Positions 40,059 through 48,938 of a stretch of 64,000 nt of DNA are shown here, one piece after another. This DNA is from Fidelibacterota bacterium (lineage in GTDB: Bacteria; Fidelibacterota; Fidelibacteria; Fidelibacterales; DSDE01): positions 64,001-128,000 of the forward strand of contig JBJKQR010000062.1 in NCBI GenBank assembly GCA_046735395.1, written 5' to 3'. The notes under the pieces are model-generated. The model searched no databases. It was not told the DNA's origin and saw only the letters and a list, made by a program, of their open reading frames with translations. Each line of letters opens with the position of its first letter. Positions within the stretch are counted from its first letter, which is position 1. Position numbers and translations under genes: made by a program.

Positions 40059-40893
40059 CCGTATTGAGAAACTCGGCGACTCCCTTATCCATCACGGGCC
40101 GGCCAATAACCGCATCTATCTGATGAAACTCGGGAAGGATGACCCGACTAAATTGATCATGCATCTGAAATCCCTCGCGCAGAAAAATGGCTACGGAAAA
40201 ATTGTGGTAAAAATTCCTGAGAGCGTATCCCCTGTCTTTATCAGGAATGGATTTGCCGCGGAGGCGTCCATACCCGGTTTTTTCCAGGGAAAGGAATCCG
40301 CCATCTTCCTGTCCCTTTTCAGGGATGAAAAACGCAGAATCCTGAGCGATCAGGAAGAAAGCGAAACACAGGCCAACCTTGAACTGGCTCAGGGCCGCAA
40401 ACAGGATGAGATGCTGCCGGAGCTTTCACAGAAATTCCGGCTGAGACTCCTGGATGAATCGGATATCAACCAGCTTCAGAACCTGTATAAAATCGTTTTT
40501 CCCAGCTACCCCTTTCCCATTCACGATCCGGATTACCTCTGCGAAACCATGCAATCACATGTGAAATACTTCGGCGCCTTCTGTCAGGGAACACTGCTTG
40601 CCTGCGCGTCATCGGAGACGGATCCGGTCAATCTGAATGCTGAGATGACGGATTTTGCCACCCATCCCGATGCAGGAGGGCAGCGCCTGGCCCTTCACCT
40701 GCTGCGGCTCATGGAGGAGACAATGGTTTCCAGCGGCTACCGTTGCCTCTACACCATTGCGCGATCTTATTCGGCTCCCATGAATATCACTTTTTCTCGG
40801 AACGGCTATTTCTATACCGGAACACTGGTGAATAATACGGATATTTTCGGAAAGATCGAAAATATGAATGTCTGGACTAAAGCACTGACCTGA
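40051..40893 (+). CDS. ablB: Putative beta-lysine N-acetyltransferase
   Basis: HGPANNRIYLMK, YGKI..K, EA.IPGFF, FPSYPFPIHDP, NAEMTDFAT, YTIAR..S..MN.TF, GTLVNNT, E.MNVW. Confidence 0.88.
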   Translation: MTDRIEKLGDSLIHHGPANNRIYLMKLGKDDPTKLIMHLKSLAQKNGYGKIVVKIPESVSPVFIRNGFAAEASIPGFFQGKESAIFLSLFRDEKRRILSDQEESETQANLELAQGRKQDEMLPELSQKFRLRLLDESDINQLQNLYKIVFPSYPFPIHDPDYLCETMQSHVKYFGAFCQGTLLACASSETDPVNLNAEMTDFATHPDAGGQRLALHLLRLMEETMVSSGYRCLYTIARSYSAPMNITFSRNGYFYTGTLVNNTDIFGKIENMNVWTKALT

Positions 40894-40924
40894 CGATATC
40901 AGGTATTTAATTTTTCGCGGATAA

Positions 40925-40960
40925 ATAAAAAAGGCTGCCCGAGCGGACAGCCTTTTTTAT
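40925..40960. terminator. Bidirectional terminator between convergent operons
   Basis: ATAAAAAAGGCTGCCC-GAGC-GGACAGCCTTTTTTAT. Confidence 0.85.
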
Positions 40961-40977
40961 GAAGGTCTGAAATTCGG

Positions 40978-42645
40978 TTATTTCAGATAATTCATGGTGC
41001 GTGCCAGCTTCTGGGTCGGAGTTTCCATCCTGTAGATGTAGACACCGGAAGCAACGCGTTCGCCGGCAGCATTGGTTCCATTCCAGACAATGCTGTGTTC
41101 ACCCGCGTCGGTGAGTGTGTTCATCAGCGTGGAGATCAGCTTGCCGTTCAGGTCAAATACGCGCAGTGTGACGTTTTCACGCGTGGGAATGGCAAAGCTG
41201 ATGGTCGTAGTGGGGTTGAAGGGATTGGGGAAATTCTGTGAGAGTCTGTAGCCGGCCGCAACCGTATTATCCACGGAGCGGATAGCAGTCATGGGGTCCG
41301 TATTGGGTGAATCAAGGAAGATAATGGGGGCGGACATATTTCCGGCATTCCCATCAATCGTAACGGACACATTCCACATGGATGTATACGCCACTTCCTG
41401 ACCCATATCGTCATCGATATTGGCGATCTGGATCCGGTTCCAGCATCCACCATCGGTGGGGTAATCGTAGACTTTATAAGCCGAATCGATCACGGTCAGT
41501 TCCCAACTGTTCGGATCAGTAATGGCTCCGCCCTGATATTCAAAGCGGAAGATCATGCCGTTCGGAGGGCCGCTGAGATAGGATCCGAATACGAAGTCGA
41601 TCTTCCCATCCGCATCAATATCACCCTGGGCACCACCGAGCATACGGCCGCCGTTCAGCAGGTCAGGCGTATTGAGATTCACCAGCGGAGTACGTTTCAG
41701 CGTGTCACCGTCTTCCTGAAAAATATAGATCTGACGGGTAGCATCGCCATAGCGATATTCACCGGTAAACATTTCCTCAGTTCCATCTCCGTCCACGTCA
41801 GCAACCTGGACGGCATCCCAGCTGATTCCGCCGGGCATGGGGGACAGGCTTGTTCTGGTATAGGCAGATCCGTCCCAGGAAATTTTGGCAATCTCTGTTT
41901 CATCAAAGAAGTAGGCATTTCCGCCCATGACAGCCACATCCCATTTGTTTTCACCGAGAACATCAGAATATTCCGTAGTCCAGGTTTCGCTTTCATCGCC
42001 GTTATCCGGGATATTATCAACCGAGGCAACCAGAATTCTCGGGCCATCGGTTCTGCCGGCCATCAGAATTTCCTTTGTACCGTCATTATCGATATCCGCG
42101 AATTTCCAGGAAACAGGACGGATATTCGCATTGTCTGCATCGGTGATCGTCCAGTAGGCATTCGGCCAGGATTCACCGGAGATCTCAACACCCATGTCAT
42201 CTCCTGTACCCTGTTCGTAAACAAGAATTCTTGCAGGATTTGCGTTGGTCTGGATGTTATTCGGGATTCCCCACCAGATTTCCATTTTACCATCACCGTC
42301 AACATCCTCTACACTCAGCGGATTATAGGAATTCTGGGCTTCCACAATATCAGCAGGAGCAGTTTTTTCCCAGACCTTTACCCATCCATCCGCTGTTTTT
42401 TCGAATTTGTACAGGCGCGGTACAATTTCACCTGGCGTATCATTCCAGTTGTGATTGACCATGTACAGATCCATCAGACCATCTCCGTCGCAGTCCACAT
42501 TGGTGACAAAATTACCGATACCCCCATTGTTCGGGCCCGAGGAAGCCCAACCAGGGATAAATAGGGTATCCATCACCGAAAACGTCCCCGCATTCAGGAC
42601 AGAAACCGCCATAATCGCTGCAAGCACAAATAACACTTTTTTCAT
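40978..42645 (-). CDS. Secreted FG-GAP/VCBS-repeat protein with T9SS-type (FlgD-Ig-like) C-terminal domain
   Basis: Signal peptide; six D-x-D-x-D-G-like repeats; LSQNFPNPFNPTTTI...WNG....VASGVYIY...MNYLK. Confidence 0.85.
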   Translation of the reverse strand: MKKVLFVLAAIMAVSVLNAGTFSVMDTLFIPGWASSGPNNGGIGNFVTNVDCDGDGLMDLYMVNHNWNDTPGEIVPRLYKFEKTADGWVKVWEKTAPADIVEAQNSYNPLSVEDVDGDGKMEIWWGIPNNIQTNANPARILVYEQGTGDDMGVEISGESWPNAYWTITDADNANIRPVSWKFADIDNDGTKEILMAGRTDGPRILVASVDNIPDNGDESETWTTEYSDVLGENKWDVAVMGGNAYFFDETEIAKISWDGSAYTRTSLSPMPGGISWDAVQVADVDGDGTEEMFTGEYRYGDATRQIYIFQEDGDTLKRTPLVNLNTPDLLNGGRMLGGAQGDIDADGKIDFVFGSYLSGPPNGMIFRFEYQGGAITDPNSWELTVIDSAYKVYDYPTDGGCWNRIQIANIDDDMGQEVAYTSMWNVSVTIDGNAGNMSAPIIFLDSPNTDPMTAIRSVDNTVAAGYRLSQNFPNPFNPTTTISFAIPTRENVTLRVFDLNGKLISTLMNTLTDAGEHSIVWNGTNAAGERVASGVYIYRMETPTQKLARTMNYLK

Positions 42646-42684
42646 GCTCTTTCCTTTCCTTTTATGATTTCCTTACCCTGTATC

Positions 42685-43647
42685 TTAGAAATTAAAACAC
42701 AGGCTGAATCTATGTCGTCCACCGAAGTAGTCCATAGTATTAAAGGCATAATCGATGGAAAATTTCGATAATGAAACACCACCCCCGAAGGTCAGCCCGT
42801 AAATATCCGTTCCGAACTGGAATCCGCTTCGAAGGAAGAAATTTTTCATATAATTCAGTTCAACACCGGCTCCATACAGTTCATTGGCATTATTGGAATG
42901 AATCATATCCAGGGCGGCAGTAACTGTCATATCCTTTGTATCATAGACGTCCATACTGATTCCTGTTCTGAAAGTCATGGGCAGAGGCCAGCTTTCGAAA
43001 GCGGAGGAATCGTTCGTGGCATATTTCACCGCATCGGAATAATTCAGAAACTTCCCGCTGAATGTCGCTTCCTTTGAAAAGTGAAGAATGCTCATGGCAA
43101 TCCGGATATTTTTATACCCGGTCCGATACATGGTTCCCATATCGTAGGCGATCTGTGAATAGCCGCTCCCGTCGAAGCTTTCGCTCACATTTTTTATGGT
43201 GGCGCCGATGGAGAATTTGTTCGTCAGATAGCGGGAATAGCTCAGGCCGATGCTGTAGGATGACATGGAGAAGTAATCATCGCCAAAGGGCAGATCCGGT
43301 GTGGTCCGCAGTTCGTCTCCATAATTCACATATACGGCGCTGATGGATACGGCAGACGCCGCATTCAATTTATAGGCAGCCCCGAGTGAACCGAGAGAGA
43401 TGTCGGCAGGCCATTTCAGATAACTGACATAAGTATCGAATCTGCTGTTATCCTTAAAATCCACGAGCCCTGCCGGATTGATCAGCACGGCACCGGCACC
43501 GCCGACCAGAGATGTGGCCGCATTGCCCATTGCCATATTCCGGGTCTGCATATTAATATCCAGGAACTGTCCCGTTGCGGTTCCGACCGGAGAAGAAGCG
43601 GACAGAACTGCAAATGACAGAAATATGATTGTAAGTATTTTTTTCAT
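42685..43647 (-). CDS. PorV/PorQ-family outer-membrane beta-barrel
   Basis: QFLDI..TRNMAMGNA, INPAGL, PLPMTFRTG, IDYAF, HRFS..F. Alternative start 43659. Confidence 0.82.
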   Translation of the reverse strand: MKKILTIIFLSFAVLSASSPVGTATGQFLDINMQTRNMAMGNAATSLVGGAGAVLINPAGLVDFKDNSRFDTYVSYLKWPADISLGSLGAAYKLNAASAVSISAVYVNYGDELRTTPDLPFGDDYFSMSSYSIGLSYSRYLTNKFSIGATIKNVSESFDGSGYSQIAYDMGTMYRTGYKNIRIAMSILHFSKEATFSGKFLNYSDAVKYATNDSSAFESWPLPMTFRTGISMDVYDTKDMTVTAALDMIHSNNANELYGAGVELNYMKNFFLRSGFQFGTDIYGLTFGGGVSLSKFSIDYAFNTMDYFGGRHRFSLCFNF

Positions 43648-43661
43648 TTTATCATCCACCT

Positions 43662-45722
43662 CTACTTTAAGATCACGAATTTACCGACTTTCTCTCCCAT
43701 CTCAGATGTAACGTGGTAGAGATAGATACCGGGTGCAACCTCCCGGTTATTTCTGCTGATCAGATCCCACTCCGCTGTGGCGGCATTCGTCTGAGCAGCA
43801 TTTTCAATGGCCCGTACATCACTGGGACGGATGGTCTGAACCAGATCACCATCCAGAGTGAAGATCCGGACGATGGCATCTTCGGGCAGATTAATAAAGA
43901 AGAGCCGGTCCTTCCAGGGACTGGAGGGCGCCGGTGTCCGGTTATTCCAGCGTACGGATCCTCGGAAGGGATTGGGAACGACCCGGATTTCATCCATGGT
44001 GTTCACGACCGCTTTTCCCGTCGCCGTGATAAAATCCGAGCTGACAACTTCCACATCGTAGTATTTGTCGGAATGGCCCTTGACGAACAGATTGAAGGTA
44101 TAATCATATCCGAATTGAATTTCCGCATCATAATATCCCAGCAGGCCATTGGTGGACGCGTCAAGCAATGCCTGAGCCTGCGTCCCGTCCAGGACCATCA
44201 GTGTATCGTAAATCGGGAATCCTGCCGCAGTCCGTTCCTTGAATTTGGCCAGCACAAATTCCTGAAAATTCGGATGATTCAATGCGGGCGCCGGATCCCA
44301 GCTGATATTCGCGCCCTTGAAGTTTCCTTCATCATCTTCAACCGCATCAATCGTGATCTCAGTCTTGGGAGGAATTTCATTCACGTCAATCTGGTAATCT
44401 TCATCTACAATGAATTTAGCCACATCCATATTTTCAAGCAGCTGCGTGAAGGAGTAGATACCGGCTCTCTGCGCATCGGCTGACACACCCACCGCAAACA
44501 CAACTTCAATGCTGTCTCCGTAGGCCAGCGTTTCCACAGGACCGTAGGTCGTAATTGCCCTGTAATCACCTTCATTCACTTTTCCGTTTCCGAAAGGCGG
44601 GGACGGATTCTTTAATAGTTTATCAAATGCCTTATCCCCTGTCTTCCCGATGGCATTCGTCCACTGGGCGTCATCATCCGAAAAATCCATTCCGATTTTA
44701 CTCGTTGTGTAGGACCGGGGTTTCATCAGGGGATTGGTTCTCAGCATCTTCATGGCCAGAATACCCGGCGTCTGGTAAATCCCGGTGGGATTGGGATTAC
44801 CGAAATCATCGTCAGGATGGGCATAGAGATAGGAACCGGAAACGGTGCCGCGGTTCAGCAAACTGGTATCCACTTCGCTGGGCACACCCGAATAATCACC
44901 ATCAAACATGATCGTCAGGGTGGAATCCCCGACCCAATTCTGAATGTAATCCCATACTGCCGGATCGCTGTTTATCTGATACTGCATGTAGGGGAACAGT
45001 TTCAATTCGTCCCAGTCGGTCTTACCGGCAGTGGTTGTATGAGTCAGACACATGGCATGATCATCACGGTTGGAAAAATTGGATTCGGTGGGCCAGGTCA
45101 GCAATTTGCTCACATCGCCATCCATGCGAAAGGTGAAGAATACATCCTTCAGATCGGATGTATCATCCACGATCCCGTCTCCGGTCGTGTCCACACCGAC
45201 ATTCTTCAGATAATAGCGATACAGGATAAAATCATCGGCAAAGGAAACACCGTAGGCATAGGTATGCTGCGTCACTTCCAGTCCGAGTGGGATGTGGGCG
45301 TCACTGACTTTAATCGCATCGGTAAATTTCGTCCAGCTATGCTCGGCCAGATCACCCAGGAAGGTTTCCTTATGCACTTCATCAAGGGGTGTGAATTCCT
45401 TATCCTCCGTCGTGCTGGTACCCCGGATTCCGTTCCGCGTGCCGGTCAGCCACAGGGAGCCACGGTACAGATAGGAGTTTCCTGATCCACCGGGCCAGTC
45501 TGCTGACGGCGTCCGGCCTTCATAAGTATCGTCTCCGATCATGGAAAAATTTGTAATCCGCATCCACAGGGTACCGATCTTGTGCCAGTCCATATCAATG
45601 GGTACGGCGGCAGATGCTTTTTTCAGGGTGCGGCCAGCGGATTCCATGATTACCGGATTTCCCGCGGCAATCATCAGAATCATAAACACCGGCAATATGT
45701 AAATAATGTATTTCTTCTTCAT
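43662..45722 (-). CDS. Large secreted hypothetical protein with variant T9SS-like C-terminal domain
   Basis: Signal peptide, WPGGSG..YLY.G.LW, C-terminal IRVVPNPF..FINLP....IFTLDGDLV...WDL......VAPGIYLYHV....KVGKFVILK. Confidence 0.75.
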   Translation of the reverse strand: MKKKYIIYILPVFMILMIAAGNPVIMESAGRTLKKASAAVPIDMDWHKIGTLWMRITNFSMIGDDTYEGRTPSADWPGGSGNSYLYRGSLWLTGTRNGIRGTSTTEDKEFTPLDEVHKETFLGDLAEHSWTKFTDAIKVSDAHIPLGLEVTQHTYAYGVSFADDFILYRYYLKNVGVDTTGDGIVDDTSDLKDVFFTFRMDGDVSKLLTWPTESNFSNRDDHAMCLTHTTTAGKTDWDELKLFPYMQYQINSDPAVWDYIQNWVGDSTLTIMFDGDYSGVPSEVDTSLLNRGTVSGSYLYAHPDDDFGNPNPTGIYQTPGILAMKMLRTNPLMKPRSYTTSKIGMDFSDDDAQWTNAIGKTGDKAFDKLLKNPSPPFGNGKVNEGDYRAITTYGPVETLAYGDSIEVVFAVGVSADAQRAGIYSFTQLLENMDVAKFIVDEDYQIDVNEIPPKTEITIDAVEDDEGNFKGANISWDPAPALNHPNFQEFVLAKFKERTAAGFPIYDTLMVLDGTQAQALLDASTNGLLGYYDAEIQFGYDYTFNLFVKGHSDKYYDVEVVSSDFITATGKAVVNTMDEIRVVPNPFRGSVRWNNRTPAPSSPWKDRLFFINLPEDAIVRIFTLDGDLVQTIRPSDVRAIENAAQTNAATAEWDLISRNNREVAPGIYLYHVTSEMGEKVGKFVILK

Positions 45723-45744
45723 TCGTATCTCCTGTATCCGCGAC

Positions 45745-48573
45745 TTAAAAGTTTATTGACAAACCCAGCTTGAACTGGCGTTTCGAAGGATACACCTGAG
45801 GTGTTCTGATCAGTTCATTTGTTTCCTCAACCTTGTAAATCACATCGGGGAATCCCGTAAGTCCATATTGTTCAACATTCTGGATATACGAGAATTTTCC
45901 ATTTCCACCCAGATTAAACACGTCCAGATTCAAGGTGAGCGAAACAGATTTGAGATTGAATCTCCGGCTGATTCTCATATCGATATTATTGTAATCCGGC
46001 AGTCTCTGATCATTATACGCACCCTGTATCCCAAAGCTCGTATAGGGTTTTCCCGTGCCGTATTCACATTGAAAATTGGCGATCCAGTCTCGGGTCAGCG
46101 CTTCGAATCCGGGAATTCCCTTGTTTGAATACAGGCCGAAGTTTACATTGGCGGAGATCCGTCTGTCAAAACTCAGATAGTACATTTTCTTGTCATAGGG
46201 GAAGAGCTGATGTGATCCTGCTGACGAAGAGCGTCCTTTGGCGATGGAATAGGAAACATTCCCCTGCAGGCTCCAGAAACCGCTGCGCAGACGCTTCACT
46301 GCCAGTTCGGCCCCCTTGATATTGGCGTAATCGCCATTGACATATTTATGAACTTCCGTTCCGTCCGGGAAGACAAACAATTCATTATTCACCAGATTCG
46401 TCACATCCTTGAAATATCCGGTAACGGACATCTTGAGATTTTTTGTAAAGAGGTGTTCAAATGAAATATCGTAAGCGACGGTTTTTTCCGGCTGCAGGGC
46501 AGGATTACCCACCCAGTTCCCGGTCTTCGTCAGACTCTGGTACTGATAATTGGCAAACAGGTACATACCGTCCGGCCTCTGAAAATAATGGCCATAGGAA
46601 AAGAAGAGGATATCACGGTCAGAAATGGGGTGGGATATCCCGATGCGGGGTGAAAACTGCCATGAGGGCTTTGCTTCCTTCGCATCATTGAAAAGGGCAA
46701 AATCATTGGCATCATGGCCGGCCAGAGGATTGTCCATATTTCCCGGATAAAGGACCGGCTTGCCCGTCCCATTGGGATTGAAGTAATCATAACGCAGTCC
46801 CACCAGTGCAACGAAATCATCCCGGAATTCCATCTTATCCTGGACATAGGCTCCGAAATCGTCGTCGTTCTTGTTCCAGATATCCTTCCGCAGGGAATTC
46901 AGTGCAAATCCCGCTTCATCGGACACGGAAGACCAATAGATATCCGTGACATCGGTCCCGTTCAGATTGTACTGAAATCCTGTCTTCAGCATGTGGTTCT
47001 GAGAAACCTGTGAAGTGAGATCCCATTTCAGCAGGAAGGTGTTGACCTTCTGGTTTGTATAGGAATTATCATCACCGATCAGCCACCAGAAATCCTCATT
47101 CTCCAATACCCGCTTTTCCGGCCGGGGCCCGGGTACTGACGGATCCCACTGCAGATATTCATCCGTGTTTCCGTCCCCGTCCCGGTCCTGATAATCTTTC
47201 ATCCCGTTTTTATAGGAGGATTTAAAGAATTGAGTCCGCAATTCCATAAAAGTTCTCGCTGAGAAGGTGTAGGTCAGAATCCCGTACAGCGTGCTGCTTT
47301 CCTTGGTTCGGGTCGTAAGATGATTCAGCGGTGTATCCAGATAAATATCCCTATGATAATTCACAGCCACCGTATCCGAATCATTCAGTCCGATGGTATA
47401 GGGCTCAGCCAGGCTGTCAATCACACCACTCAGGTAATCGGAGGGATTGTCCACATAGTGATATCGCGTCAGTGTATCGTTCGTGGCGCTCAGATCCTGA
47501 ACGAATTCGTACAGATCTGTCTGAAAATCCGGCCCCGGGCCGAATTTGGCCGCCGGAAAATAAAAATTGTCCCAGTCCCGCTTTGAATAATTGGATCCCA
47601 CTGCCAGTTTCATCTTATCCGAAATCTTCCAGGCAACTTTTCCCTGATAGTTCTGGGACGCTTCCTGCTGATGCAGATAATTTCCCTGTTTACGGTTGAA
47701 GATATCACCTGAAACGGCAAAGGTCATGGAAGGCAGAATGGGCCCGCTCAGACTGAAACGATAATTATTATCCAGCCGCTGCTGGTATTTGGCGTCCAGC
47801 CACCAGTCATTCTTGGGCATGAGTGTTTCGGTCAGAGGACCAAAATCCGTTGTCGTCGCGTAGAGCGAACCGGAGAATTTCTGCGATCCTTCCTTCATGG
47901 CCAGATTCAGCACACCGGACTGCACATTGCCGTATTCGGCGCTGAATCCGCCCAGAGAGACTTCCATCTCCTTAACGGCATCTTTCGGGACTCCCAGAGA
48001 AAAGCCTCCCAGATCCCCGACATAGGCAGCAGAAGGATCACGAACCGGAATACCGTCAATGACAACCAGCACTTCATCACTGCGGCCGCCACGAAAATTA
48101 TTCCCCACCACACCGGCCTGATTCTGGGCGATGCCGATCACATTTTCAATCGGCTGTATTTCCATCTCCTCGGACGACACAATATGCTTGGACGAAAATT
48201 CATCCTGATTCAGAAGCGGCCGTTCGGCCACAACCACAATATCCTCTCCGGTCGACAGCACTTCCGGCTGCAGGATCAGATCCTGATAGGTCGTCAGGTC
48301 TATGGACACAAAAATATTCTCCACCGTCACCGTCGTGAATCCGATATAGGTCACTTTCATGGTATAAAGTCCGGGCGGAATATTCAGAATGGCGTAATAT
48401 CCGTCGGCGTTCGTGGATGCTCCGATCTCACTTCCTTCCAGATAAACGTTCACGCCGGCAAGCGGTGCTCCGTTATTATCGAGAATAGTCCCCACAATCT
48501 TCCCGCTTGTGCCGCCGAAAACGACTCCCGACGTCACCATAAGCAGCAGGCATAATGTGATCAATTTCTTCAT
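45745..48573 (-). CDS. TonB-dependent receptor
   Basis: GTSGKIVG, G.YAILNIPPG.Y, FRGGRSDEV..VIDG, GGFSAEYG..QSGV, FSPRIGISHP, NPALQPEKT; terminal Phe. Confidence 0.92.
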   Translation of the reverse strand: MKKLITLCLLLMVTSGVVFGGTSGKIVGTILDNNGAPLAGVNVYLEGSEIGASTNADGYYAILNIPPGLYTMKVTYIGFTTVTVENIFVSIDLTTYQDLILQPEVLSTGEDIVVVAERPLLNQDEFSSKHIVSSEEMEIQPIENVIGIAQNQAGVVGNNFRGGRSDEVLVVIDGIPVRDPSAAYVGDLGGFSLGVPKDAVKEMEVSLGGFSAEYGNVQSGVLNLAMKEGSQKFSGSLYATTTDFGPLTETLMPKNDWWLDAKYQQRLDNNYRFSLSGPILPSMTFAVSGDIFNRKQGNYLHQQEASQNYQGKVAWKISDKMKLAVGSNYSKRDWDNFYFPAAKFGPGPDFQTDLYEFVQDLSATNDTLTRYHYVDNPSDYLSGVIDSLAEPYTIGLNDSDTVAVNYHRDIYLDTPLNHLTTRTKESSTLYGILTYTFSARTFMELRTQFFKSSYKNGMKDYQDRDGDGNTDEYLQWDPSVPGPRPEKRVLENEDFWWLIGDDNSYTNQKVNTFLLKWDLTSQVSQNHMLKTGFQYNLNGTDVTDIYWSSVSDEAGFALNSLRKDIWNKNDDDFGAYVQDKMEFRDDFVALVGLRYDYFNPNGTGKPVLYPGNMDNPLAGHDANDFALFNDAKEAKPSWQFSPRIGISHPISDRDILFFSYGHYFQRPDGMYLFANYQYQSLTKTGNWVGNPALQPEKTVAYDISFEHLFTKNLKMSVTGYFKDVTNLVNNELFVFPDGTEVHKYVNGDYANIKGAELAVKRLRSGFWSLQGNVSYSIAKGRSSSAGSHQLFPYDKKMYYLSFDRRISANVNFGLYSNKGIPGFEALTRDWIANFQCEYGTGKPYTSFGIQGAYNDQRLPDYNNIDMRISRRFNLKSVSLTLNLDVFNLGGNGKFSYIQNVEQYGLTGFPDVIYKVEETNELIRTPQVYPSKRQFKLGLSINF

Positions 48574-48938
48574 AAATTTCTCTCCTGACCTGTCTTCTAT
48601 GATTATTTTACTATAACAATTCCGTATGCCGCAGCATGAAGTCAGTATAGTTAGTTCTCATATCTTACTAATACTAAATCTATTTATATGAAAATGCAAG
48701 TCTAAATTCCTGTTTTTTTACTAAGAATCGTGGTTGGGGCAGAGAATGACGAGTTCTGGTTTTTTTCTTTATGGAAAAGGCTTCACAGGTCCCGGATGAA
48801 AGGTAGACACGGCCGTTATGAGCCGAAAAAACGGGGTCTGTCGCAACCCATTTTTTCCATGGCGGAAAGCGGGTGAAATTTCTACATTGTCTCACAGATG
48901 AATTCAGATTTAACCGTTCATCGAGAAAGGAAACCACA

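Noticed and set aside
48700..48900. Na+ or c-di-GMP riboswitch upstream of hppA
   Set aside because: Only weak hairpins; no consensus recognisable by eye.
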